Positions 11,319 through 23,954 of a DNA stretch of 64,000 bases are shown here, one piece after another. Made by a program: the position numbers and the translations under genes. The notes under the pieces are model-generated. The model made no database searches and had not been told where the DNA came from. It saw only the letters and a list, made by a program, of their open reading frames with translations. Source of the DNA: Oculina patagonica (Eukaryota); assembly GCF_052425735.1 (NCBI RefSeq), contig NC_135769.1, positions 124,001 through 188,000 of the forward strand, in the 5' to 3' direction. Positions within the stretch are counted from its first letter, which is position 1, and every line of letters starts with the position of its first letter.

Positions 11319-14300
11319 ATGGCATCTGTGGAGGTCGAAAAACTGTCAGAGCATCTTCTTAAGTGCCCAATTTGCTTGGAAACGTACACCACACCTAAAG
11401 TTCTTCCTTGCTTGCACACATTTTGTCAGCACTGTTTACAAGGACTTATCAACAGCGGAGAAAACACCATTATATGCCCGACATGTAGATGCGAGGTGTC
11501 AGTACCCAAAGATGGCGTCGGTGCGCTGTCGACAAACTTCTTCATCAACAACATGCTGGATTTCCTGTCCGTTGCGAAGAGCAACTCAAACCCAGTAGTC
11601 TGCACAAACTGCGAGGAGCAGAACAGGGCCACGTCTAGATGTATCGAATGCATGGAGTTCCTGTGCTCCCAGTGCGTTGCAGCACATCGCAGGACACGAA
11701 TGACCAAAGAACATGAAGTTATTGCCTTGGGTGACTTACAAGCACAAAAGGAAGTCCAGGACAAGCTGCATAGACCGCTGATGTGCGGCGTGCACGAGAG
11801 AGATGTGTTGAAGTACTTCTGCGAGACATGCGATGAACCTGTGTGCCGTGAATGCCTGATTATCGAGCATCGAGAGCATCATTATGGTTACCTGAAGGAC
11901 GTGGATAAGAGACACCGCTCGGAGGTAAGATAATCCCCACTAGATAATAAGAGCTAGAGCCCCACTACATGATAAGATTAAATATAGAAGGCAACGGATG
12001 TATAAAATCCGTTGAAACGTTGGAATTGTAACAACACAAATGAAAATAAGAGAACTTTATTCAGGCGTCAAAACTTCCTAGCTCAGATTAAATACAAATA
12101 ACAATACTATAAATAACGGCAACTGACTTTGATCGGAGCCGAACAAGCGTTTTAGTTAGAACAAGTAGATTAGCAGTTCAGTTCAAAAGAGCTTTAAACT
12201 AATGAGTTGAAGATGCGTATAGGCAATGATACACTATTGTACATATGCTCACAGATGACATCTCGTCAACTGAATATTGTTTTGGCATATCACCAACTAC
12301 TGTCACAAGAAGAATATAAAACTAGCGAAGAGAAGAAATATTTTGAGTTTGGGGTGTTAATTGATAAGGAAGTAAGGGATGTTGCAATGTGAATTCTATT
12401 GTTAATCTCGGTAAAGTTAGATAACTGTTCTCAATGCGGAATAACAAATATAAAAATAATCTTTGACGCTAGTGTAAATCATGCAGTTAGTTGCTGTTGT
12501 TTGTGTTGTTGTTGTTTATTTTAAGTTCCTCGTGGAAGAAAGTCTTGCTTAGAAGTTGGCGGCTTTTCTTTTGTTGTTTGTGATTGTTAAGGTTTTCATT
12601 TGTTTTTTCCCAGGTTGGAGTTCTGGTCATGAACACGAAAAAAAGAATCGGCCCATTGAAAGAAGCCATCGAAAAAGTTGGCGAAACGAAACAGAAGCTC
12701 GACTGTAAACTGGAAGAGGTTCGGCAACAAGTAATGCAAAACTGCAAACGATGCAGAGAAGTCATCGCTGAACGAGAAGAAGAAATCCTTACACAAGTGA
12801 ACAACATTTATCGTATGAAATCTAAAACACTGGAAATCCAGCTAGATGAGCTTGAGATGATGTTGGGCAATTTAAACAGCAGTATCGAGTTTACCGAAAG
12901 TCTCCTCAGACACGGCAACGAAGCGGAGGTCATGATTGTAAAAAAGCAAATGACGCAGCGCTTACAGGACTTGAACAACACCAAGTTAGAGTACTTGCCG
13001 CTAGAAGATGATCTTATCGACTACACGTTCTCTGCAGATGAGTTTAGAAACGCCATTGAGCATATCGGCGAAGTGAAGGTATATCACGCTTATCCGCCAT
13101 ATTGTTTTGCCACTGGTGTCGGAATTCATCGAGCTAAGGCTGGAGTGGAAGCTGTGTTTCTTGTTACAACTAAAGATCGAATGAATGAGATATACAGCGG
13201 CAGAAGCGAGCCAATCAGTGTAGAGATTGAGCCACCCGAGGGAGATCCCGTGCCGAGTAAGTAGTCCCGCTCTCTTTGACCTTCTTAATCCAGACGGTAT
13301 TTTTTGTCCAGGGTTTCACGTAAACAGTTGCGACTTACAACCTGTGGCCCTCGAATTCCCTCGATTAAAATTTAGCAGTTTTGGTTTGTGGAGGGACGAA
13401 AACCGGAGAACCCGGAGAAAAACTCTCGGAGCAAGGAGAAGGACGAGAACCAACAACAAACTCAACCCACATATGACGCCGGGTCCGGGAATCGAACCCG
13501 GGCCACATTGGTGGGAAGCGAGCGCTCTCACCACTGCGCTATCCCTGCTCCCCATAGCTCAATCTCTGTGACTTTCCTAACTTGCAAATGTTTCCTGTCA
13601 TTTACTTAATACTTAACGCAAAGTTGGATTTGCTATGAGCCAAGTATGTGTCATAGCTCGAAATAATGAACAAAGACATGATAGTCTCATTTTAAATTTT
13701 TCTTTTCTATTGTTTTACAGCGTACGTAATTGACAACGAAGATGGTACCTTTACCGTATCATATCAGCCGATAGTGCGGGGAAACCATCAGATTAAAATC
13801 ACCATGAGAAACATAGACATAAATGGAAGCCCCTTCAGTGTCAATGTGACTGGACGAATGGACTTTGAAAAGGTTGGAAAAGTGATGGCATGCTTTGGCT
13901 GCGAGGGATCTGGAGGAGGTAGGAACTTCTGTGATTTCGTATCCCAGGGATATGTTGAAGAAACCGTAAGGGCTTGCTGAAGACCGCTCTGATCCATAAA
14001 CAGTGCTGGTCCATTTTACGCCTTGATTCAGGGCTTAGTGTAAACATTACTTCTTAACTGGTAGAGTCCTTTTCATCTGATTTCTGGTTCTTTTCTTCAA
14101 TTTACAGGTGAATTCAGCATGCCCTGGGGCGTCGCTATCGACGATGAAAACAACCACCTTATAGTAACAGATTGTAACAACCACCGAGTCCAAGTCTTCG
14201 ACTTCGAGGGAACGTTCATGTTCAAGTTTGGCTCAGAGGGAATAGAGAAGGGTCAGTTTAAAAACCCTAAAGGTGTCGCTCGTGCTGCTAATGGTCATAT

Positions 14301-15326
14301 AATGGTCGCAGATTCCAACAATCACCGGGTGCAGGTATTTAATGAAGACGGTCGATTTATCAGGAAATTCGGCGCCTACGGAGTTGAGCGGCCAGGCCTC
14401 TTGAACCATCCGTGTGGCGTGGCTTGCACCACTGGGGAACTGGTGATAGTGACGGAGCAAGATAATCACCGAGTGCAATTATTCAACATGAATGGGGAGC
14501 CCGTACGACAGTTTGGAACTCAGGGGTTTTCTAAAGGGCAGTTTATATACCCACATCACGTGTGTGTAAACCAGAGGGGAAGGATAATTGTTGCTGACTG
14601 CGTGAATGATCGAGTACAAGTGTTTGACATGGAAGGAAAATATTTATCTGACTTTGGGAAAGAAGGTATAGATGTTTTATCCTCGTTACTTACAATTTAT
14701 GTTGGCAGCAACCCTTGGGATATCATAACAAGAGTGAAACTATATACACCTCAAGTGTTACATCTCTTAGTTCCCCATCTCTTTCAAACCCTCTCTCTTT
14801 TCTTATAAGCCACAATTGCAGCAACAAACACAATTTTTAAAGTCTTCCTCCGTTGTTAATCGATAACAGCTACACTGTTAAATAATTAACTAAAGCATTT
14901 ATTTTTATTTTATTTAGACACTTCTTTATAAACGGTAAAAACACCAGGAATTATTAAAAATACGAAATCTAATAACCCCCATTTAATTTTCTACACCATA
15001 TTTTACAATGAGGCTCCCCTTTTATCAACAACAGACATTGATCCTTTAAATAACTTAACCAGTAGCTTCTTTGATCCACAGGATCACAGAACGGCTTGTT
15101 TGACGGACCCGAGGGCGTGGCCTGCGATGACGAAGACAACATCCTGGTGTGCGATTACCACAACCACAGAATACAAGTGTTCAATTCTAATGGCGAGTTC
15201 GTGAGCGCGTTTGGTGCGTTTGGTGAAGATGAAGGCTGCTTTAAGAATCCCTGTGGTATCGCTGTAACGAAAGAAGGCAACATTGTTGTGGTCGATAGTG
15301 GAAACAACAGAATACAGGTCTTCTAG
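11319..15326 (+). CDS. TRIM-NHL E3 ligase #1 (RING, 2 B-box, coiled coil, filamin, NHL repeats; TRIM71/TRIM2/3-like), 5 exons
   Basis: Exons 11319-11924, 12614-13256, 13721-13918, 14108-14665, 15082-15326. RING CPIC..CLHTFCQHC..CPTC, filamin DNEDGTFTVSYQP..GSPF, repeated P-x-G-V/I...D-x-x-N-H-R-V-Q-V-F. Confidence 0.93.
13330..13553 (-). mobile_element. tRNA-derived SINE in TRIM-NHL #1 intron 2
   Basis: Minus strand GGGAGCAGGGATAGCGCAGTGGTGAGAGCGC (A box) ... GGTTCGATTCCC (B box), followed by a non-tRNA body. The 3' end is approximate. Confidence 0.8.
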
Positions 15327-17843
15327 AAACACTGAAATAGATACTTGATGTTCACAGGGACAAGTTATGAGGCTGTACGAGTATAACAGTAACCTTTTGT
15401 GTCGTTATGTACCCGAAAGCATTTAAATCCAAGATGACGGCCTGTAACCTTGTGAAGAAAAGCCGTGGAGTTGAACAAACATTCATAATTTTTATAACAT
15501 ATATGGAACATTATAACGGGTCACATCGCAGTTAAGGGAGCTTAGTTATTCCATAGCTACTGAAAACCCTAATGTCCAATCTGAAGAGGGAATAGTTAAA
15601 TTCCACTAATGGAGATTAGATGCCGGCTTTTGCTCGTTTAAAGAAATCATAGTACCTATAAAACTAGGAGTTGCTGATAGCAAGTAAAGTGCTGCGAAGT
15701 GAGTTATAAGAATAATAATTATAATAGTAAATGTAGGAGCGGAACGGAAGGTCATAGGAATGTTTCGGATTTTCACATTTTCAGATGTGAAAGATATGAT
15801 TTTTCTAAGCGAGTGAAAATGCTAGTGACATTGAGAAAAGGAAGCAAAGTGAAAAAACATAGCACGTGCAATTCGATCGCAAAGCCATCAGAAATGATCA
15901 ATTTATGACGTCAAAAAGCTCAAAGCTCGTTCCATTCTAGCGCGCGGTCATTATGAAAACGTTTTCGTGGAGCCTTCGCAAATAATCTTCGTAGTGTTTT
16001 TGCTGTACATATTTGGCGCTTAAGGCACAGAAAGTATTGTTTTTTCCTTAAATTAACTTAGTAATGGATAATTATGACAGCGAATTATAAGAAGGCCTCG
16101 TAAATTCGTTATTCATCAGAGATGGCGCATAAGGGATGAAAAGACCGTTTCTCCGGCACTTTACTTGACCATCTTGGTCAAGAGAGGTTTCTTGGGAAGC
16201 ATTTACAAAGTACTGAACAGAAGCGCAAGCGGCAGCGCTTTAAAATTTAACTTCTTGCTCTTTAGCGAAAAGGACATCGCAAACGACAAACGCAGCTTCC
16301 ACATTTTACATGCCGCTGATCATACATACTGCATGTACTCAAAATCATCGCCAGTGAAAAAGTCAAATCGAGTATGTCGCCTATATAAAGTGCCCAGGCC
16401 CCGCGCGGACAGTCAAAAATAGTTCTGCTGCTACGCTAAGGCTTCGCAGCAACAAAATAAGTAATAACACCAGGGAGGTTTTCGTATGATTTTTCGTGGT
16501 GCGCTATCTCGTTCATTTGATGTTAACATGCAACTCTTAAATAAAAACCGTACGTGCGCACTTCCCATCCTTGCATGATATAGATTTTGTAAATAATTAA
16601 TTTGTTATCCAAAATATTAGGCAACGAGGTTGTAAATTAAAGTTTTGGTAATATTTGTTTTACACTTTTTTATATACACGTAGACTTTTGGATAACTTAA
16701 ATCAGCATTATTTTCTAATATCCCTGGTCGAGTTCTATTTACATTTTACATACCCAGTTTACAGTTAACTTTTGGCAAAAAAGTGGCATATCTTCTAAGA
16801 TCGACAAAACAAAAGGCGAGTATCTGAACGCGGTTTGTTGTTTTGCTCAAGAGAAACGAAGACTGTAACTGATAACGAAGTTGAGCACTGACTTTCCACT
16901 TCTCATGTATTTTATTTCTTGAACCACATTTGGGATTATGGTCAAGGGAATAAACTATTGGGCGCCATCTGTTAAACTATATTTGAGTATTGATAAATAA
17001 TAAAAGTGCATGGGCATGATGCGAACTATAAGATGGATAATATGGGTTTTATCATTCTGGTTTAACTATGAAGTCGAGATATACGATTAAATGATTTACA
17101 CACCTTGTAAATAAATTATTTTATTAGCTTTTCTTTCCTTGGTAATGCTATTTACAAAAATGTTTTAAAACATCCGCCTTTATATCGTTCAAGAAATTAA
17201 TAAAAGTTAATGGAACAAGTTAACCGTGAGATACGTAGCTTACGTTTGACCCTCTCTTGGACTTTGATTAAATCTTTTAATACACTGCCTGACTGGATTT
17301 CTTGTGGGATGGTAAAAGCAAGTTACATATTTATCTACATTGTATAACGGAAATGAGAGGTTGAGCTATGAAGCATCCCAAAATACTTTTCTTTATACTG
17401 TATTTTGTCCTTTTTGAGCATGAACGAGTTAGTGGTACGTTCACGCGTACTTTATCTATGATCTGCAAATTTATATGTCAACATATTTCTGCATGCAATA
17501 GGGTTGGGGGGGAAAAAAAAAAAAAAAAAAAAAAAAGGGGAAAAAAAAAAAAATGGAGACGATTTTGAAATGAAAATATTTTTTGTGGTATGGGGGTGGG
17601 GGTTTTTCGTTAATAATTTTTTTTTTTTTTTTTTGGGTATATAAGGGTATACGAAGCAGTTCCACCCAAGATAAGTTTCTCGCATATTTTCTCGACACTT
17701 TTTATTCATTTTTTTTTTTAAAAAAAAACGCATATTCTTGCATTTCTCCCTGTTCCGTTCCAGAACTACTGACCGCTAAGACTTTTAAAATCGATATTGC
17801 CTTTGAAATGTTTGATGTTTGTCACTAGTGTACTCCATATTTA

Positions 17844-20800
17844 TCAAACTGTAACTGGTTTTTCACTGCCGTAGAATTGATATTCAGTGTTATACATCCG
17901 GGGAACTCGGAATGTTTCGCCGGGTCCTGGACCTGTAGAAAGAAAGACAGAAAAATTATAAGCTACTGGCTTCCTTACAATTCTTTCAATGACAGTACTG
18001 TTGTAAGAATCAGTGGTAGTGTTAGACTGTGTATGTGTATGTGCGTGTTCTTACTTTCAAGAGGAGCGTGCCAGGGTTTCGGTACATCCATGCTGAACAA
18101 CTCCCACCGTTTCCTCTCTGGAGGCATCGTGTATGATTCGCTCATCAGCGTTCTCATTCCCCTAAAAGAAAAGAAGAAAAGCTTCTTGTATCATATTGTT
18201 GACAAGCTAGAGGTTCTAAGCCATGGGGAAGGGGGTGGCAGAGCATTTGTTTACTATTTGCTACAATATGATATCTGTAAGTGGTCAGCAATCAACCTTC
18301 ACGGTGGAGCACTAGAAATGTTTTACTCCAATTTAGGGTCAAAAAAGAACTACAAAATCTAAATTCGATGTTTTGCATACAAATTGTGACTGTGTACTGA
18401 TAATATCGTCATATCGGGAGGACTATTACGTTCGTTCCGCTAAATTCTCATCGTTATATCGGGAATCATCGTTATATGAAAGATCGTTATATCGGGGTTC
18501 TCTCCCATACATGTACATTTTACTGTAACTTTTGCCGGGACATAGAATACTCATCGTTATATCAGGAATATCGTTATATCAAGGGTGGTTATATCGGGGT
18601 TCCACTGTTCCAACTAAGTTACAAACCCTTGTTCATTTCACACAGGCATGATGTGTAGGAGTTCAAATATAATAACTCCAAAAAAAAATTAAATTAATTA
18701 GCCAGGGGGCCCTCTTTTAATCTGATACAAAATCCCAATCTCTGAGGACCTCTGAGCTACATTTCTGAATAGGGCTTTGTAAACGTCAAAAAATACACAG
18801 CAAAGATATATATGTAAAATTTTTCAATTAGCCTATTTCCTTGCACATAGAAAATGATTGTCACTACTTATCTTTAAAATTCTTCTGACCATATTTAAAT
18901 AAAAGTAGTACATATAACAGAGTTACGTCCACTCTTCCATTTCTTACTTATTAGGAACAGGATCCAATGACTTTGGTAGCCTGGGAATAGTGGTCGGCTC
19001 TTTGAACCAGATTCGGTCCCTCATGGGCCCTTTTTCACGAGGGACAGAATTTGGAGGTAGTGGATTTTCCTTTGAGCCATGACCCCAAGCTTTAGGGTAC
19101 TCTTCACATTCCCAGTAGGTTGCATAATCCTTAGATGGATAACGTCCCAACTCGTGCCTAATATTAGAGTAAGGAAAGAAAGGTTGAGATAAGTTTATAT
19201 ATAAATTGGTTGTCATTTGTAAATACACCCCTTATTAAATTGTGGCTTCCTTGTGGTGTGACAACAACAGATAACATCATATTTGGTTAATAACAGTACT
19301 TTGGTACAATTGTAAACTAATTTTCTTTGTTTTACTCAAAATTGTCCGGCCGCAGTTACAGAGTTAATCATTAAAGAAATACCATGACCAATGTGGTTTT
19401 GAGTGTTCAACACAAATGATGATGTATAAACTATATTTACTTTGTGAATGCTCTGTGATCTTTCTGTGTTGTGGTTAAATAAGGATCCATGTGATATGTC
19501 AGAACACCTCTGTCTCTGGGGTAAAACTTCTGGCCTGCAATACCTCTGTTTATTGTTGATGGTACAAGATCCTGCAAAAAGTAAAATACTTTAACGATGG
19601 GATCGATTATCAATATTATGGGACAAATTTTGATCGCAATTGATTGCAATTGTGTTTCCATATGATCGCAATGATTGCAGGCAATCGCAGACGATTGCAG
19701 GGAATAGAACTTGGTTTTCTGTGATCGTTTGCGATGATCGCAGACGATCGAAACGATCGCAGTTGCGTGTTTCCATATGAACGCAGATCGGAGAACCTAA
19801 AATTCTGTGATCGTCTGTGATCCATTGCAATTGTCTACGATCATATGGGAACCAGGTTTAAAAGTAAAAAAAGTAACTAAAAGCAATTATTTAGTGTCAG
19901 TAACATTGGGTCAGTGTTTGTGCGTTCTCCCAAGCCAGAGCCAGAGGCTCATGTTAAAACTCCTTGGCAATGGCCGTTTTTATACTAGAGACAAGTTACC
20001 TGATTGGACGAGCTTCAGCAAAAATTTTGTTGCTCGTCTGGTTATGCATCTCAAGCATAAAGACGGGCACAAGACAAGTTATCCGTCTAGACAAGCTACA
20101 TATACTTTTCGAAATGCGTCTTAAAAAACGGACAACAAAAGGAAGCTCATCTAGGCGGGTAACTCGTCTTGTGCCTGTCTTTATACAAGTAGAGATGCAC
20201 AACCAGACGAGCAACAAAATTTTTGCCGAGGGGTTTCTAGACGGGTAACTCATCTCTGGTATGAAAATGGCCAATATCAATTTATTCGGGTATCTCACAA
20301 ATTAAAGTAAGCTAGATAAAAAAAAATAATTACAAAATTGTAATACAGTCAACTCTCTCTAAAAATGGACACCATCGGGACCAGCTACAGCTGTCTAACT
20401 TAAAGAGGTGTCCCTTAAGAGAGATCTAGAGTTGACTGTAGTTCAATGGGAGGTGCTAACGTCATCAACCTCCATTACATGGGGATTGATGTCTCCAAGA
20501 CAGCAGTTATTTGTTTATACAGTCTTTGGGAAGAGGATTGATGGGGACCATTTTATATAATGATTTAATGATTGATACTTCGCATATTTTGCCCACAAGT
20601 TGATCTGCCTTACAAGCTTTTAAGTTGGGAGCTGGAGAAACAGAATAGGTTTATTCATACCTTACTGTTGCCCTCCCTGTGGTGATCAGCAAGACTGAAT
20701 GGTTGTATCCCTGCATTGTAAGCAGTGTCCAGATTCACTCCTGGTCTTCCTGTGTACTGAGATGTCATTTCGCTACACTGATATCCCATTGTCAAAGGTC

Positions 20801-21575
20801 TTCTCCATGGTTTTACACTCAACTATTACAAAAGAAATACAAAATATAGTACCGAAATAAAAAAATCAAGCAAATACATGCACCATGTACTGTATTTAAA
20901 AAGTACATAATTTACACTCAATGTCATGTCAAGATCTGTATAGCTGGTTTGCTGCCTTACTTATTGGGTCTGGAAGAAAAAAAAAATAGATGAAGATGTT
21001 CTATATTGTAGTTGTTGATTAATATTTGAGCCAATTCCATGTGAGCTTACTTACTCAACCGAACTTGCACTTTTTGCTGCCATCAATCATTCCTTTATGG
21101 GGGGCGCGGGGGGGGTTTTCTCTCTCCCCCCCCCCCCCCCCCCCCCCCCCCGAAACACAAGTTCACTTCAGCAGTTTTAAAAGGTGACATCATACAGGTT
21201 GTGATTGGTAGATTTGATTATTCTGGTTGAATTGGTGTAACCTTTTTCAAGGTTGTTGATGTCATGTTAATTTAATATAATGACTGATAGCAGCAAAATT
21301 AGGTTTTGAACTTCAGAGTTTGCCTACTATTGAAAGGTTCATAAATTTTTCAACTTATTAGTATGACTGCATGTACAATGATTTACCTTTCCAATATTAT
21401 CTTCCACATAGTGAACTTTCCATGATCCTGGAGCCTTTTTGAATTGTGTGTTACTAAGTGTCCCTCCATGAGCCTTGTAGTCATGAGTTGTACCAGTTGT
21501 TGTTTGAAAGTGTTCTTTGTCAGTAATGTAGTCTGAATTACCAAGGACTGGTGGTAACACATCATAAACAGTTCT
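17844..21575 (-). CDS. Uncharacterised protein of about 260 aa, possibly a ciliary microtubule inner protein (SAXO/Mn-motif-like); start codon unresolved
   Basis: In-frame exons 21387-21575, 20661-20822, 19441-19571, 18948-19157, 18055-18161, 17844-17932 with GT-AG junctions, ending ...MYNTEYQFYGSEKPVTV*. The first exon is uncertain; one candidate is ATGATTCAG|gt at 22103-22111. The gene structure is well supported but the function is inferred. Confidence 0.7.
18400..18608. mobile_element. Truncated Tc1/mariner-type MITE remnant (repeated ATCGTTATATCGGG, ending GGGGTTCCACTG)
   Basis: Internal tandem ATCGTTATATC units and one terminal-like end. The left TIR is not found. Confidence 0.45.
19600..19858. 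mobile_element. Degenerate (CGATC)-rich MITE, probably the same family as 62952-63047
   Basis: Multiple GATCG/CGATC and TTTCCATATGA units, with right end CGATCATATGGGAACCAGG. Confidence 0.5.
19972..20272. mobile_element. Palindromic MITE (PIF/Harbinger-like) with inverted arms of about 130 bp
   Basis: GGCCGTTTTTATACTAGAGA...TCTCTGGTATGAAAATGGCC. The arms share AAAAATTTTGTTGCTCGTCTGGTT. AAT flanks both sides. Confidence 0.75.
20346..20438. mobile_element. Tc1/mariner-type MITE
   Basis: TA-CAGTCAACTCT...AGAGTTGACTG-TA. Confidence 0.7.
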
Positions 21576-23954
21576 CTGAAAATGCAGTAGAGCATTAGAT
21601 CAGTGTCATATAAACTGATTTAAACTTAATTTGCCTCTGGAAACGTCAGGAATAGCGGTACCTGTAAATGAGGATGGGGAATATTAACTGTCCGTCTATC
21701 CCAGATCTGAATGCTTACCCATCTCAGAAATAAATTCGTAAACAAGCACTGACTACTGTAGTGAACCGACGCTTTCACAAGAATGTAAACACAGATTCGT
21801 CACTTAAAATGTTATCCCTGCACGCTTCTAGAAGAAAGAGCGCCTGATTGCAGTTTATTGCGAAGCCGGAGTATTCTGCAGTTAATTGTAACCTTTAAAC
21901 ATGTTCCAAATGTTATGATGGTATGTTGTATAGTTGTAATACAATATATATACATTAACCAAAAAATCGAACTAAGAACTGCGAAAGGAATCGCCAAGTA
22001 AGGATCTTGCATACATCCGCAACTCGGGTGACTCGAGTCTCGATAGAAGTTCAGGTAGGAAAAGAAAAGAAATTTGTTGTAATATGCAAGCTGATTATTA
22101 ACCTGAATCATTTTATCTCACAAAAATAGAGAAACTTACTCGAAAGCCTTGAGGCGGAAAGCCATGAGCTGATTTGTAGTAATGTCCTTTTCCTGTCGAT
22201 GTGAGGTGAAGATCGTTGCGAACTTCGGACGACATTGCAGCTGGGAAGTGTCTGTTGTCGAAGGATTAAACAAAAACTATCTTTGGGCAGTGAAACTCGT
22301 TTTGATCGGTAAAAATTTGCAGAAGTACAAGTAATTTTGTTGTGGAAACGTTCGAAAGTCAGATTCACCTCCGCTTGTTGCTAACGAAAGGTTTGTTGTT
22401 GTCAAGGAAAAGCGCGCGTCTTTTCGATGCTATTCCGCTGACCAAGACAATGTGAGCGCAAAGACCGGAAGTAATGCCGAGACACGCCGAGAACGCCGAG
22501 TAGACCCTGGTGGAAGAGCTCAGAGCTTGAGTCACAAAAACCGTATATTGAATTGTATTTATTGAAAAATTGAAAAATTGACAAATTGATAAGGCTGGAA
22601 GATTTGACTGAAATGCCGCTGGTTTCAAAAAGCTTGCCTACAAGTTGTGCAAATCAAATACAACAATGAAGAGGACTATGTTTTGAAGCCATTGTTTACA
22701 ATTTCATTAATCAACCTCCTGGGAACCATGTTGTCCACTAATAAGCATAACTGAAGTTCATCCGGGAAGAAACATATCAAATGTACCACGAGCCAAAGTT
22801 GGGTTGGCTCCTGAATTTACTTGATACTTGACGGAAGTGCTTTAACAAAAATCTATTGAAATGGCGTATTCCGATTATGGAACGTACTCTTCCTGTACTA
22901 CAGGCTGCTGAATGTCAAAGCCTATCTATTTTGTTAAGCTTGTTTTCAATTGTAATTAAAAGTGATGTTATGTTAATGACTTATCATTTTAACAAAAGAA
23001 AGAAAAGTCTTTTCAAATTTGTTTGATTCTTGTCCTGTTCACGATGCAACCAAATATTCACTGAAGCAGTCGTTGACTCGCTTGGACTGACCTGGTAAAC
23101 TTGATGAGTTAATATCTGTTGGAGTTTGGCGTAACACAGATAACAAGTGCGGTAAGTAGTAGATCTAGTGTTCTTACAGCAGCGTAGCAAGCGTTCCTTG
23201 CACAGTCTCACACTGCAAGCTAAGGTTGCAGTCAAATGGCTCGCACAATTTACATGTAATAGAAATTTTAGCGTCGCCGCGCAAGTAAAAATACTTAGGG
23301 GAAGCTAGGAGTCCAGAAGTACCAAGTGTACAGACTGAGCACCGTTGTAGCTAGATTGAAATAATTGACGTGTTTGAACGCAAACTATTTGCAGTATTTG
23401 TTGAAACTGAAATAATTTGCTCCAATGAGAAACGTAACCCAAGTTAGCGATCATTCTGCTGTGCGCAAATTACTGAAAACAACAGCTCATTACGGCAGCT
23501 TGATAAAGAAAATGTCGCCGCTGTGGTGGGTTAGCTGTTCTGGGTCCAGTTCTTAATCATATCATTGTCCAATGCATATGTTATGATTGAGAATGTTTTT
23601 GAATTCAAATGCGGTATATAAATTTCCCGTTGAACAAAATAAGTGGATCTCTCAAGTTTACATTTCATTATAGTTGCTAATTTGTCACTCTGCCTGACTT
23701 ACAAACTCTGAGTGCAGAAGCGTATGTGTTACTCAGTGACGAGCGACCGCTGAATATACAGTAAACTCGCCCCCGTTTTCAAAAAGGACCGGAGGAAGTC
23801 ATTAAGCTTTGAGAGCTAGCCTTAAAACAAGTAGCAATCCTTTTATTCAAACTCTATTTCTCTTTCCTTTCTTTTCTATTTTCTTCACTGATTCATGTAT
23901 GCTGACTGCAATGTCCTTTAATATCTCTTAGGTGTTTATAACAATCTCGATACC

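Noticed and set aside
13227-13609. Overlapping ORFs of 73-114 aa in the TRIM-NHL #1 intron
   Set aside because: They are translations of the SINE.
17452-17828. Lys/Phe-rich ORFs
   Set aside because: Inflated homopolymers indicate poor consensus quality. The same applies to about 41.8-42.2 kb and the G-rich ORFs at 46574-46790.
19964-20298. Similar ORFs on both strands (AKILLLVWLCIS), also seen at 41127-41414 and 47888-49096
   Set aside because: A consequence of MITE inverted repeats, not genes.
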